This document shows positions 18,865 to 29,843 of a stretch of DNA of 64,000 nucleotides, piece after piece (within the stretch, counting starts at the first letter, position 1; each line of letters opens with the position of its first letter). This DNA comes from a virus. The notes beneath the pieces were generated by a model. The model ran no database searches. It was not told the origin of the DNA and saw nothing but the letters and a program-made list of their open reading frames with translations. The stretch spans positions 50,085 to 114,084 of IMG/VR virus record IMGVR_UViG_3300036795_000133; one strand, given 5' to 3'. The translations under genes and the position numbers were made by a program.

Positions 18865-19596
18865 TCAGGCAGCCCTCGCATATCTCGCGCCGATGCTCGG
18901 CAATAGCTTTCCCCCAGGCCAGGGCGCTACCGCTCTACATCTGCACGCCAAATGCACGGAACCTGGGAACCCGATATCCGGCATCGCGGTAGCGTAGAAA
19001 TTCCGGCCATTTGCGTTTTTACATTCCGGGCTCGTGCGGTTATCGAGAACCGCTTTCCACCCAAGGAGCGGCCCGTATTCCAGTGCTGCCATGTCGGTAC
19101 TCATCGCCGCCTGTGCCCGGCTCCACATCGCCTGCCGGTGCAGGAAGTAGAACCGCTGCTCCCGGGTGACCTGAGCATCCATCGCGGCCGTCACCGGCTC
19201 GCCCTTCGACCGCGCCTCCTGCGCCGCGTCCGCCACCCGCTTGCTCGCCGCCACCACGTACTGCGCCCGCCGTGCCGCGTTCATCCGCGACACCTCCTCC
19301 GACGCCGCCCCGATAGTCCCGGTGACGGGGGGCGGGTTCGGCATGACGATCCTGGACAGGACCATCAGCATCCCCAGCCAGAACAGCGCCGACAGGACGC
19401 CGAGCTTGAACCGGAGTTTCAGGGTGGCCACCACGGCAGCGGCGGACGCAGCGGTAAGCAACAGCCCGGCAAGGGGAAGCGCCATCGCGGCGAGGGCAGC
19501 GGGCACAGTCGCCGGGGGAACCGTCTTCGGCGGCGGAGGCCGGCGGGGCGGAGGCTGCTGCCTGGGCTGCTGCTGAGGCGGGAGCGGAGTCGTCAC
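18865..19596 (-). CDS. Head morphogenesis protein (Mu gpF/SPP1 gp7-like)
   Basis: LGWKAVLDNRTSPEC..NG..PG.VH..CRC. Confidence 0.75.
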   Translation of the reverse strand: MTTPLPPQQQPRQQPPPRRPPPPKTVPPATVPAALAAMALPLAGLLLTAASAAAVVATLKLRFKLGVLSALFWLGMLMVLSRIVMPNPPPVTGTIGAASEEVSRMNAARRAQYVVAASKRVADAAQEARSKGEPVTAAMDAQVTREQRFYFLHRQAMWSRAQAAMSTDMAALEYGPLLGWKAVLDNRTSPECKNANGRNFYATAMPDIGFPGSVHLACRCRAVAPWPGGKLLPSIGARYARAA

Positions 19597-19852
19597 AAGT
19601 CAGTCACCGACCCGATTACCCAGACGTTCGTGAGCGCGATCACCGCGTTCTCGGGTAGCGCCGGGACGCGCGTCTCCCCGGCCTGCCCGATGCCGCGGCC
19701 GTCTTCCCCGAAGATCGTCACCGGGGACGCGGCACCCTCGTACGGTCCCTCGACCTCCCAGGTGATGTTAACCGCGCCGCCGGACAGGCGTACGCCGGTC
19801 ACCGGGAAGCGCTCGCCGCCGAACACGACGTGGCCGATGCCGGTCGCGGTCA

Positions 19853-20419
19853 CTACGCCGCCACGTCCAGCGGTCCGCAGGTCCCGCAGGAGGCCGAGGC
19901 GACGTTGCCCACCGAGAGGTGCGGGCAGGAGAAGGTATGCGGGCGGCCGAGGGATGACCGGAGTGCCCGCGGCTCGCCTGCGCGGCCACTTCCCTCGATG
20001 ACGCCCTCGGGTCGCTGCACAGCAACCGGCAGGCTGCTGACGACTGCACTGCCTTCGCGCCGCCACGCGGGCGACCCGATACGCAGGCTGAGCACGCCGT
20101 GCCGCAAGAGCGCGGGCATCAGCGCCGCCGTCAGGCGCTCAAGGGCCTCAGCGGGGACCGGAACCGGCTCGTCCTCGCCCTCAACGGCGAGCTCGAAGAC
20201 CCGAGGCTCCGCGATCTCCCGGTCAACCAGACGCCTGATCCACGATCCCACGGTGACGCCCTCCCTGAACGCGCGCTCCTTGACGGCCTCGACGACCTCC
20301 GGCGCGAAGCGGACGCTCGTCATGCTGGCGAGGTTCTGCCCGGTGCGCTTGCGGCCGGGCCTAGCGGGCACCCGGTTCGTGGGGTCGGCGTAGAACTCGT
20401 ACGCCTCGCGGTCATCCAC
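19853..20419 (-). CDS. Ribbon-helix-helix (CopG/antitoxin-like) protein
   Basis: MTSVRFAPEVVEAVKERAFREGVTVGSWIRRLVDRE. Confidence 0.65.
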   Translation of the reverse strand: MDDREAYEFYADPTNRVPARPGRKRTGQNLASMTSVRFAPEVVEAVKERAFREGVTVGSWIRRLVDREIAEPRVFELAVEGEDEPVPVPAEALERLTAALMPALLRHGVLSLRIGSPAWRREGSAVVSSLPVAVQRPEGVIEGSGRAGEPRALRSSLGRPHTFSCPHLSVGNVASASCGTCGPLDVAA

Positions 20420-20719
20420 GGGCTATGCCGCCTTGGCTGCTTCCACAGGCGCCTCGCCCGGCAGCCGTCCCGCCTCCGCCGGGTCAATGCCCGCCTTCTC
20501 GCACAGCCGGGCAAGCATCTGGTTCCCCCGCTGGACCTGGTCCATCAGGTCATGGACCACGTCGAAGGTGGCGGTGTCAGTGATCACGGCTTCACCAGCT
20601 TTCCGTTAAGCAACCGGCCGTATCAGCACTATTGTGACGCCCCTGCGGTGTGCCGTGACCCAGGCGCGCCCGGACGGCGGCGTCAGGAGTGACCGCCGCC
20701 CGGGCTGCCCAGGTGCGGC

Positions 20720-21262
20720 TCAGGCTGCCGGGGCCGCGGGCGCCTGGTCCTCGGGAGTGCCCTCACCGATCACGAGGCTGGTCGCCGCCGAGGAAACGAC
20801 CGTGATCACGTCCGTCGCAGTCAGCGGCGGAGTGACGCTGTTGTCCGCCACGGTCACGGTCGCGGTGCCGTCGGTCCCCGCGACGCACAGGCACGAGTAG
20901 GAGTCAGCCGACGGGGTGAGGGCGAGGACGCCCGGGTTGTCGACGGACCAGGCGAGGGCGTCGGCCGTAACCGGCTGCGCCTTCGAATCGACCTCGGCGA
21001 CGGAAAGCGTGACCTGCTGGGTATCGGTGAGCTGCACTGTGTTTCCCTTCTTGTCTGTCGGCGTCCCCGGGCCTTCCGGGGCCGCCTGCTGGTAGGTGAG
21101 CGAATCAAAGGCGAGGACCATGACGGCGGGGCCCTCCAGCCACGCGTAGAAGACGTTCGCCATGGCCGTCACGTCCCCGGCCGCCGCGGCGGACAGGTTC
21201 CCGTCCACCGCCATCGCGTCGATAGCGAACCGCAGCGCGGTAACGCGGTTGTCAGCGGTCAC
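20720..21262 (-). CDS. Protein with a C-terminal Ig-like domain
   Basis: QLTDTQQVTLSV..LAWSVDNPGVLALTP..AGTDGTATVTV. Confidence 0.6.
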   Translation of the reverse strand: MTADNRVTALRFAIDAMAVDGNLSAAAAGDVTAMANVFYAWLEGPAVMVLAFDSLTYQQAAPEGPGTPTDKKGNTVQLTDTQQVTLSVAEVDSKAQPVTADALAWSVDNPGVLALTPSADSYSCLCVAGTDGTATVTVADNSVTPPLTATDVITVVSSAATSLVIGEGTPEDQAPAAPAA

Positions 21263-21326
21263 GGGACGCTCCCAGGCCCGCCCGCCCTGCCACAGTGCCC
21301 GGAGTCAAAGGTCATCGGGAACTGGT

Positions 21327-22487
21327 TCACTGGGCATCACCTCCCTCTTTTTGTGCGCCTTCCGGCGACAGCTCGCCCGGCTTCGCGTCCACGTCGTCCA
21401 CGAGCTCGACCCGCCACGCGGCGATCGTGACGGTAACGCCGGGCATCTCGCCCCGTCTCGGGTGGACTGTGTACCCGTCGACCGTCGCGAAGTCGAACGG
21501 CTCGCCGTCGATGTAGAGGCGGGATGCGGCGCCGGCGCCTTCCCGCACGACCCGGAGCGTCTTCGCGATCTTGTACGGGGTCACTGCGCGGCCCCCGTGC
21601 CCCGCCGCGCCCTGGCCCGGTGGGAGGGTGACGGCGCCGCGGCGGCCTTCGGGGCAGGCAACGGCCGCCATTCCGCCGCGACCGCCTCAAGGTAAGCGGC
21701 ACCTAGCGCCGCGGTAAGCTGCGCGTCCCTGCCCGCGAGGCCGCCCGCAGTCGCCGGGACAGGCTTCCCGTCCTCGTCCGTGACGTTCCACGAGATCAGC
21801 GAACGGCCGAGCGCCTCAGTCACGGACGCGGCATCCCGCATCATCCCCATCGGCGTGCGCCGCGCCGTGACCTCAAGGCCTGCGTACCTCGTGCCGGAGA
21901 AGTCCAGCTTGAGCGGTTCCCGGCCCGAGAGGAACGAGCCCGGCGCGAAAATGCTTGTGCTCACCGTCCTCCCGTCCTCTCGTCTCGCTCGGACTTGGCG
22001 AGCCTCCGCAGAAGCTCGTCGTTCTGGTCCATGAAAGCGGCCAGCTGTGCACGGAACCGAGGGTCAACCTCCCCGGCGAAGTCGTGACCGGCGTCGAACC
22101 GGGCGAAGACCGCGGCCGGGTCCTCGTCGTCCTCGTAGAAGCCCGCAGCTTCCTCCGGGGTCACCGTGAACTCTTCTCGCCCAGCATCCCGGACGCGTGC
22201 CACAGCCGCTCCGCCGCGCGGAACCGCTTGCGGTCAACCAGCCAGATAGCGGCGCCGTCGGCAGCGCGCGTCACGGCCAGCCGGGCGCGGACGCGGCGGG
22301 GCAGCGGAGTGCGCAGGCGCGGTTGCCTGTCCGCGACAGCACCGAGGGCCTCCGCGAACTGCTCAAGCTGGCGCTCCGGCAGGCGACCCGGCGGTATCAA
22401 CTGGTCGCCGGGGCTCAGGAAGGCGGGAACTGCGTCACTATCCCGGGTGCCTCGCAGGATCATCCCGCCGCGCGCGAAACGGGTCAC
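21327..22487 (-). other. Four small coupled ORFs downstream of portal; 21581-21964 is chaperone-like
   Basis: 21327-21584, 21581-21964 (SLISWNVTDEDGKPVP), 21961-22203, 22161-22487. Confidence 0.45.
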
Positions 22488-24051
22488 TTCCCCAGCCTCC
22501 CGTTCAGCCCGAGGGACGACGGTACCGGCGGAGGAGACGGTGCCCCGGTCGGCGGCGGGGGGATGTTCACGCCGCCCCGCGCCGCTGCCTGCTGCGCGAT
22601 CGCCGTCCCCGCCGACGCGAGACCCGACATGGCGCCCAGCGACCCCGCCACGTCCGGCGGCATCCCCGGCGGCGGGTTAGCCGTCATCTGCTCCGTCCGC
22701 TGCGAGATGGTGTCCTTCAGCGCCTTGTGGACCTGGTCGACGTCGAGCTGCAGGACGCTCGCCATCCGCTCCGTCAAAAGGTCTACGACGCCGATCGGGA
22801 TGTGAAGTGCGGGGGCCGCCACAATCTGCCCGAACAGGGTCATCAGGAGCTGCACCTGCTCGTCCTGGAGCGGGCCGAAGACCGCCTTCGGGAATGCGGC
22901 GCTGGCGCCGAAGTTGAGCATCACCAGGGGGCGGAGTACGTCATACGAGAGGGACTCGGCTATCTCCTTCGCCACCGCCTGGCGGGACTTGAGGAAGAAG
23001 TCGCTCTGGTCCTGAGACAACGCATAGGAACCCTTGCCTCCGGTGGCGACACCCGTCAGGCCGAGGAAGCCGGCGAGGACGGACATGATCTGCCAGTTCT
23101 CGAGGAAGTTCAGGCAGTCGGTGAAGAACGCGCCGGCGTCGGGGCTCTGGATCGACTCGAACATCTTCTGGCCCTCGATGGGGTGCGGGAGTCCCACGAT
23201 CCCGGACGCCTTGAGCTGAGAGATGTCGTCAGCGTTGCGAGTTGCCTCGGGCTGATCATTTCCGTACACAATCAAACGGGGCATTGACTGTGATTCCAAG
23301 AAATTCAACCACAAGTACAAGATTTTCAACTTCGTTTCGTACACCCAGTAAGCCGTTGACATCTCGCTGAGACCAGTCAGCGGCTCGCGGTGCTTGCCGT
23401 GGGTGTACACGTAGCTGCGGATCTTCGGAACATCTACGTAGCCGGGAACCTTCTGCTTGCTGCTCAGCATCAGGTTCCCGCCGAACAGCCACACCTGCTG
23501 GCGGAAGCCGTTCGGCTCCGCGGTCCGGTCGTTGTACCTCGCCTGGCAGGTGGCGGGCGGGCGGTAAGCGATCTTCCGGTAGATGACCTTGCCGTCTGCC
23601 TCGCGGATTCCCCAGACTTTCTCGAAGAAGGCTCTCTTAAAGATTTGCCCGGTACAAACCTGGCCGATCAGCTCAGTGACCGGCGTGGCCATGCCGCCGT
23701 CCGTATCGGGGGTCATCAAAACCGAGCGGCAGAACTCGGCCTCCCCGTTGTCGCCGAGCGACTTCTCGATGCTGAAGTCCGCCTGGCGGATAGGGAGGGT
23801 GAGGACGTTCTCAAGCGACGCGCAGACGCCGTCGCGAGACAACATCGTCGCCATGTCACGAGACGACCACTCTCCGTAGTCAAAGACATCCCCGGCGCCG
23901 TTGACTAGTAGTAGGCGAACAAACGCTGTCCGTAATCAAATTGCGTACCGATCTCGGCGCCCAGAAGCGCACTCCTGCCGCCAGGGCCCTTGGAGCCCTT
24001 CGGGGGGAGGTCGGGGAAGTCGATGATCTTCGCGGAGCGAGTGTCGACCAT
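22484..24051 (-). pseudogene. Portal protein (Mu gp29/DUF935-like), interrupted near its 5' end
   Basis: ATG at 24051 after RBS GGAGG gives 48 aa ending QRLFAYY* (TAG 23905-23907). Body continues in another frame (NGAGDVFDYGEW..RDMATMLSRDG..LTLPI) to 22484. Confidence 0.75.
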
Positions 24052-24084
24052 ACCCAAGCATCACCTCCCGCCCGCCGCTAGCTC

Positions 24085-24126
24085 GTGCATCTGCACGCGC
24101 GTCCGCAAGAGCTGGATGCACGTGCA
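24085..24126 (-). promoter_or_regulatory. Repeated regulatory motif upstream of portal
   Basis: GTGCATCTGCAC at 24085-24096 and ATGCACGTGCA at 24116-24126. Confidence 0.55.
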
Positions 24127-24218
24127 GCTGATGAGCCAACGATACAGGCGAGACGGGTGAGGGCATAGCGAAGGGCCAGGGACGCGCGTCCGTGGCCCTT
24201 CGCGCCGAAGCTGGGCGG

Positions 24219-24713
24219 TCAGGCTTCCCTGGCCTCCCTCTCCGCCCGCTCGCGCTCGCGCCGGCGCTGCTGCCCGGCCCTCATGTTCTCCAGCGCCTGC
24301 TCGTTACGCCAGCCAGTGCCCGCGGCATTCGTGTTGCCCTTCAGGCTGTCGCCGATCTGCTCGCGCTGCTCGGCAGGCATGGGGCCACGCGCCTCCGCTG
24401 CGGCCTTCTTCTGCTCGGACATCTTGGCGCGCGACTCCGGCGTGTGCCTGCGCCCGGTAGAGGCCGCCCGGATCTTCTCGATAGCTTCCGGCGTGTGCTT
24501 GTCATATCCGCCGTGGCACTTCTTGCACAGCGGGACGTAGTTCATGACGTCATCAGGGTCGGTGTCGTGAACGTGCGCCCAGTCATGGGCTTGCTTGTCG
24601 ATGCCGGCCCGGGTGCACTGGATGCACTTCCGGAGCTTCGCCTCGCCGCGCTCGGCGACGTTCCGCCGGTGGCGGCGCTGGTACTCCCTCTCCTCGTCTG
24701 GTGTCCTGGCCAT
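24219..24713 (-). CDS. HNH endonuclease with NUMOD3-like repeats
   Basis: CIQC..HDWAHVH..NYVPLCKKCHGGYD then HTPEAIEKIR, RRHTPESRAKMSE. Confidence 0.75.
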   Translation of the reverse strand: MARTPDEEREYQRRHRRNVAERGEAKLRKCIQCTRAGIDKQAHDWAHVHDTDPDDVMNYVPLCKKCHGGYDKHTPEAIEKIRAASTGRRHTPESRAKMSEQKKAAAEARGPMPAEQREQIGDSLKGNTNAAGTGWRNEQALENMRAGQQRRRERERAEREAREA

Positions 24714-25086
24714 CAGGCGTCATCCTCGAGGAGGGCGGTCGGGGTCAGGCTGACCGCCAACACTTTGCCGTCGTCCGGGCCGCCGAGGACGCTGACGAAC
24801 AGGGTCATGCAGTCGCGGAAGCTGCCTACGGCGCCTTCCCGGTTGAACCGCCCGTCCGCCTCGATCGCGTCCTCGATCAGGCCGAGCAGGTCGGCCATCG
24901 CCTGGACGTGCGCGGTACTGTCTTGCATGGTTCGTCTCCTAGTGCTCATAGGCGGCGGGCAAGTCCCTCGGGCGGTGCATCATCACCGTTCCGGGGGGCG
25001 TGAAAACCTTGCCCCTCGAACGCCAATTCTATCAGACTGTCACGTCTTAGCGCGTGCGGACACCGGACATCCGCTATCATTCGGTC

Positions 25087-27577
25087 ATGGATCGATGTCC
25101 GACATGCCACGGGCCGGTGCCGCCGCTGAAGACGTGCCCCGGCTGCGGGAATGAGTTCTACCGCACCGAGGCGGGCCGGTCGGATACCGAGTGCTGCTCG
25201 CAGCGGTGCGCGGCGCGGGTCCGCAAGCGCAGGCAGCGAAAGAGGGAGGCGGCGGCGGGATGACATGGGACATGAGCAGGCGAGACGGCCCGTTCTGCGA
25301 GGGATGCGAGGCTGTCCACGTAGCCGGCCGCGCCTGCCCCGGGTGCGGGACCAAGACGTGCCGCCGGTGCGGGTGGTGCTGCGAGCACGCGGACTGGACG
25401 GTGACGCCCGACCCGAGCGAGGACGCGCCCGTGGTGACCAGCAACCGGCGGAAGCAGCGGGAGGAGCGGTAATGCCGCAGCACGAGCTAACGAAGGACGG
25501 CGCCACCTGGTTCTGGTTCCCTGGCAAGGCGGAAGGGGACGAGCCGTTCGCCGGCTTCTGGGTGCCGAATATCCAGTGCGACGGCTACATCCCGGCCATT
25601 GACGGGATCGGCTTCAGCACCGAGGCGCAGTGCCAGGCGTGGATCGACGAGGCCGTGAAGGCAGCACCAGGCCAGCTGGCGGCAGTTGCCGCCCGTCCCG
25701 GCTACGGGCGCGGCGGGCAGACGCAGTCGCGGGCGGTGCACACGGCGGTGCAGGAGATCCTCGACCTGACCAGCCACGGCACGGACCTCGTCAAGAGCCA
25801 TGAGTTCTTCCGGGTGCTGCGCGACCTGTACCTGGCGGGAAAGGCGGCGGGATGACGGCGCGCGAGAACTGGGAGCGCGAGATAGCGCGGCTCTGGCCTG
25901 AGATCCTGCGCAGTCCTGCCGCCTACGCGGCAGTCGGCCTGGCAGAGCAGGTGTTCGCCGAGTACGACGCCGACCTGAAGGGAACGCGGGAGACGGTGAC
26001 AGACCTGGCGGAGAAGTGCCCTCTGCTCGCCAGCTCCGGGTCTAAGGTCAGCGTGCACGCGGGAACACGGGTCGACTGCCCTGTCTGCGGTTACGGTGAC
26101 ACGCCATGACAAGTCACGAGGAACCACTGCCGCCCATGCCGCCAGGATGGATGCCCGCTACCGAGGAGCAGGTGGCCGCCCTCCGCGAGGGCATCAACAG
26201 GGAGATGCTGCCGGTTGGCCTTGACCTTGCCTGGCTGGCCGTGAACGGTGCGCTCGCGGGGGTCGCGGAGATCATCGCCGAGCGGAGGCGGCAGGTTGAG
26301 CAGCAGGACGAGGTGCTCGGCAAGCCCAGTCTGCCTGACGCCGCCGAGGCGGAACTGTACTTCGGGGACTACGCCAAGGCCGCCGCGCTGCTCGCCGCCG
26401 AGATCGACAGGATGACGGCGGCCGAGGAGGAACAGCGATGACGTGGAGCCTGGACTTCGCCCGCGACCCGGCGCGCGTAGCCGCCCTGTCGGAGCCGTCG
26501 GCACTGCCCCGCTGGGACGGCATCGGGTCATCCGAGGGCATGGGAACCGAACCGCGCCTGGTGCGCGCAGGTGCCCGGTTCACCGGCGGGCCGGGCCGGG
26601 AACGGGAAGCGGCCGAGGCGTGGGCGTTCGAGATGAAGGCGTACTTCAAGCGGGGCGTCGGGGAGCAGCCCCAGGTCACCTACGCGAACGGCACCTACAC
26701 GGTTATCGGCCTGATCCAGACGACGCATCCCGGCGACCGTCCCCGCGCGGACGGGATCGTGTGGTTCACATGACCCGTGGGCAACCGTGAAGGCCGGGCG
26801 TGATTCCCAGGCCGGGCGCTGGCTCTGGCGCCACCTGCCGCACCGCCACCGCGGCGGAACCGGAGGTGCCAGCGTAACCCACCCGTTCTTCGAGCGGTTC
26901 CCTGATCCCCAGGCCTCGGTTCCCCGTTCCGTGAGCGGGCACCTTGCCTGGACGGCAGGAGACGCCGTAGCCGAGTGCGGTTCGGAAGCCGTAGTGACCG
27001 CGGACGGCGACCTTCACGCACTGCGCCCGGTTCACCTTGTCGCCGTGGACGACATGGCCTCGTTCGCGGTGGCCCTGGAACTGTCTCCGGAAGCGGCGGA
27101 GGCACTGGCCGCGCGCCTCGCGGACGCGGCCCGGGCGGTGCGGGAGCGCCTGTCGTGACCGCCGGCAGGGAATGCTGCGGCCTGCCGATGAGCACCCTGG
27201 ACATATTCGGCATCCGGCTTTACCGGTGCATGTACCGCGGTCATCACCCGCTGGTCTTCCGGAACCTGGGCACGGGCGAGGAACTCACCGAGAGCTACGA
27301 CGACGGCAGAGACGGCGGGCTGGAGTGGACGTCGCACTACGGCAGTGACAAGTGAGGGGGATTGGCGATGAGACTGGGCAAAGCGCGCCGGCGACCGCTG
27401 GAAGCACACGCGTGCCGCAGGTGCGGGGCAGAAGCAGGGCAGCCGTGCGTGACAGCATCCGGAAGGGCTGCGGACTGGCCGCATGCCGAGCGGTACAACG
27501 ACGCCGATAAGGCGGCCGGGCGGGTGCGCGCTCCGCTCATGGAGGGCGCGAGACTACCCTCTACCGCCAGCTCCTGA
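25087..27577 (+). other. Plus-strand island of about 9 small coupled ORFs between terminase and portal
   Basis: TATCAT-6 nt-ATG at 25087; ORFs overlap by ATGA/GTGA; the first two are Cys-rich. Confidence 0.55.
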
Positions 27578-29252
27578 CATTTCCCCGCACCGGCAGGTCC
27601 CGGTCATCGGCAGGAGCGAAGCCGTCGAGCCCGTCCAGTCCCCACGGGGCGTCCTCGGGGACATCGGCCGCGCGGCCCTGGATTTCGCGCATGCGGCGGT
27701 GGGCTTTCGTTTCCTCGGCCACGCCCATGTCGGCGAGGTCGGCTGAGCCGGCCCACTTCCGCACGCTGCCCGGTGAGGCGTCGCCGAGGTGCGGGACGAA
27801 GCTTTGCACCACGGCATCGCCGTCGTCCGTTGACCTGCCCAAACGCTTGTAAATGTCCTCTTTGCGCTCAACCTGGATCTTGCCGCCGGAGGTGACCTTC
27901 CACTGCGGTGCCGAAAGGTCGCCTAGGAGCATCTCGTCGTCCGGGAAGCAGATGTCCGGGTCGCTAGACGGGTCAAGCGCCTGCCTCATCGTCCACCACG
28001 CCTCACTCCGGCGGTTCGCGAAGCCGAACTCCCTTGTGCTGTCTTTTGCCTTGGACCCGCGGGAGGCGTTGAACGCCAGCACCTTCATGTGCAACTCCCG
28101 CAGCCGGTCAACCACGCCCGCACCGATACCGATCACGTCGACTACCGCGGTGTAGGAGTCGTCGGCCTCGAGGATGCCCTTCACGCGCCCGGTGGTCTGC
28201 ATCGTGTCTTCCTTCACCGACCGGCGCAGCTCGGTGATGACGGGGCCGTTGCGGAGGGCGAGGACGGTGCGGTCCTGGCCGGTGCGGGCCACATCCACCC
28301 CGACGACACGGGGCCTGCCCGCGTTCGGCCGCCCGGCCTCGTCCCAGGCGTGCCAGCGGGCTACCGCCGCCTCCGCCCACGCGAGCGGGATGACCGAGTC
28401 CTCGTCGCTGGCGTAGAACTCGCCCAGGACGCGGTTCTGGTAGATCGCCGACGCGGTACCCCACTGCCGGGCGCGCTGCTCCGCCCACTCTTCGGTGATG
28501 CGGCCCGCGTCCATGGCGTCGTCGAGCGTGACGTGGACCGGGTGCCAGTCCTCGTAGCCGGGGCGGCGGGTGCAGATGTCGTAGAAGCGGCCCTGCGGCT
28601 GGCCAGGCGTGGACAGCGCCAGGGCGAACGCCTCGGTGCCGCCCTCGCCGGAACTGGAGAACGCGCCCTCGCATGCGTCGAACGTGCCCGAGGGGATGGC
28701 CTTGGCCTCGTCGTATACGAACATCAGCGAGTCGGCGTGAGCGCCCTCGATCAGGGCCGCGTTAGCCGACGCGGCAGCGAAGGCGGCACCGTGGGCAAGC
28801 TTGAGGTTGATGTTCTGCAGCTCGTTGGCCCGGGAGAACGGGCGGCCGTCGCGGACCTTGTCCCAGCGGAGCTTCCCGGCCCACTTGTGGATCTCAGGCC
28901 AGGTGTATGCAGTCAACTGGTGCCATGACCCGGCGGTCGTGACGACTTTCCAGTCCACCCCGGCCGCGTCCCGCGTCAGGGCGAACCACAGGACGGCTAT
29001 CGCAGCCTGAGAACTTTTCCCCAATCCATGGGGGCCCCGGACGGCCTCGCGCTTGCGCTCCGGGAGCGAGCCGAGGATCTCTTCCTGGTAGACCGTCAGG
29101 CCGTCGCCGCTACCCCAGTCGATGCAGTCATGCGCGAATCCGACCGGGTCGTCGTAGTACCGGGTGATCCCGTGCTTGATCTTCGCAGCGCGGCGCTGGA
29201 GCTCCAGCAGGTACCGCAGGCGGTCAGGGGGTGCCTGAACCAGCGGGGTCAT
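27561..29252 (-). CDS. terL: Terminase large subunit
   Basis: Walker A RGPHGLGKSS, Walker B MFVYDEAKAI, coupling motif ALSTPG, nuclease VVGVDVARTGQDRTV and DDGDA. Confidence 0.95.
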   Translation of the reverse strand: MTPLVQAPPDRLRYLLELQRRAAKIKHGITRYYDDPVGFAHDCIDWGSGDGLTVYQEEILGSLPERKREAVRGPHGLGKSSQAAIAVLWFALTRDAAGVDWKVVTTAGSWHQLTAYTWPEIHKWAGKLRWDKVRDGRPFSRANELQNINLKLAHGAAFAAASANAALIEGAHADSLMFVYDEAKAIPSGTFDACEGAFSSSGEGGTEAFALALSTPGQPQGRFYDICTRRPGYEDWHPVHVTLDDAMDAGRITEEWAEQRARQWGTASAIYQNRVLGEFYASDEDSVIPLAWAEAAVARWHAWDEAGRPNAGRPRVVGVDVARTGQDRTVLALRNGPVITELRRSVKEDTMQTTGRVKGILEADDSYTAVVDVIGIGAGVVDRLRELHMKVLAFNASRGSKAKDSTREFGFANRRSEAWWTMRQALDPSSDPDICFPDDEMLLGDLSAPQWKVTSGGKIQVERKEDIYKRLGRSTDDGDAVVQSFVPHLGDASPGSVRKWAGSADLADMGVAEETKAHRRMREIQGRAADVPEDAPWGLDGLDGFAPADDRDLPVRGNVRSWR

Positions 29253-29808
29253 TGCGGGCCAGCTGGGACTCAAGGTCAGCAATCTGAGACTCGACCATGT
29301 CGGCCGTGATCACCTCGACGCGGGACTTGGCGGGGGCGTCGTAGCCGTGCATCCTGGCCCGCCGCTCGATCAGCCGCAGGATCGTGACGCTGTGCACCGC
29401 GATCGGCCCGTCGTCGAGGACGTCCTCGAACACCGGGATCGGGTTGCCGTCCGCGTCCAGCTTCTCGATGCCGTCCTCGTGGCGCTCCACCCCGGTGAAC
29501 CGGCGGACTACCCGGCCGTTGGAGACGGCGACGTGCTGCCGTTCCAGGGCTTCCCAGTTCTTCTCGATCAGCCGGTCGAGGCGCTCGAAGTCAATGCGCT
29601 TGGCCTGCTCCGCGCCGGGGGTGACGATCATCTCGTAGGCGCGGTCGATGGCCTCGCTGACCTTGCCGCGTGACGCGAACCCGAGCTCGGCGGCGATCCG
29701 CTCGTGGGTCCAGCCCTGCCCGTGGAGCTCAGCGGCGCGCATATCGCGGGCCGCCGATGCCGGGGTGCGGCGGAACTGGCCGTTGGCGCCGCGTGTTCCC
29801 CCGGTCAT
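29224..29808 (-). CDS. terS: Terminase small subunit
   Basis: N-terminal HTH (GWTHERIAAELGF), LIERRARMHGYDAP; directly upstream of terL. Confidence 0.8.
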   Translation of the reverse strand: MTGGTRGANGQFRRTPASAARDMRAAELHGQGWTHERIAAELGFASRGKVSEAIDRAYEMIVTPGAEQAKRIDFERLDRLIEKNWEALERQHVAVSNGRVVRRFTGVERHEDGIEKLDADGNPIPVFEDVLDDGPIAVHSVTILRLIERRARMHGYDAPAKSRVEVITADMVESQIADLESQLARNDPAGSGTP

Positions 29809-29843
29809 GGTGTTCCCCCGGTTAGGCTCGAACCCCGGGCCAT

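Noticed and set aside
18935-18960. GTGCATTTGGCGTGCAGATG inside the gpF gene, resembling the intergenic motif
   Set aside because: Explained by the His-x-x-Cys-Arg-Cys codons of the protein.
23900-23910. Self-splicing micro-intron as the explanation for the portal and head-tail breaks
   Set aside because: The extra sequence is only about 2-13 nt, with no group I/II core or bulge-helix-bulge structure.
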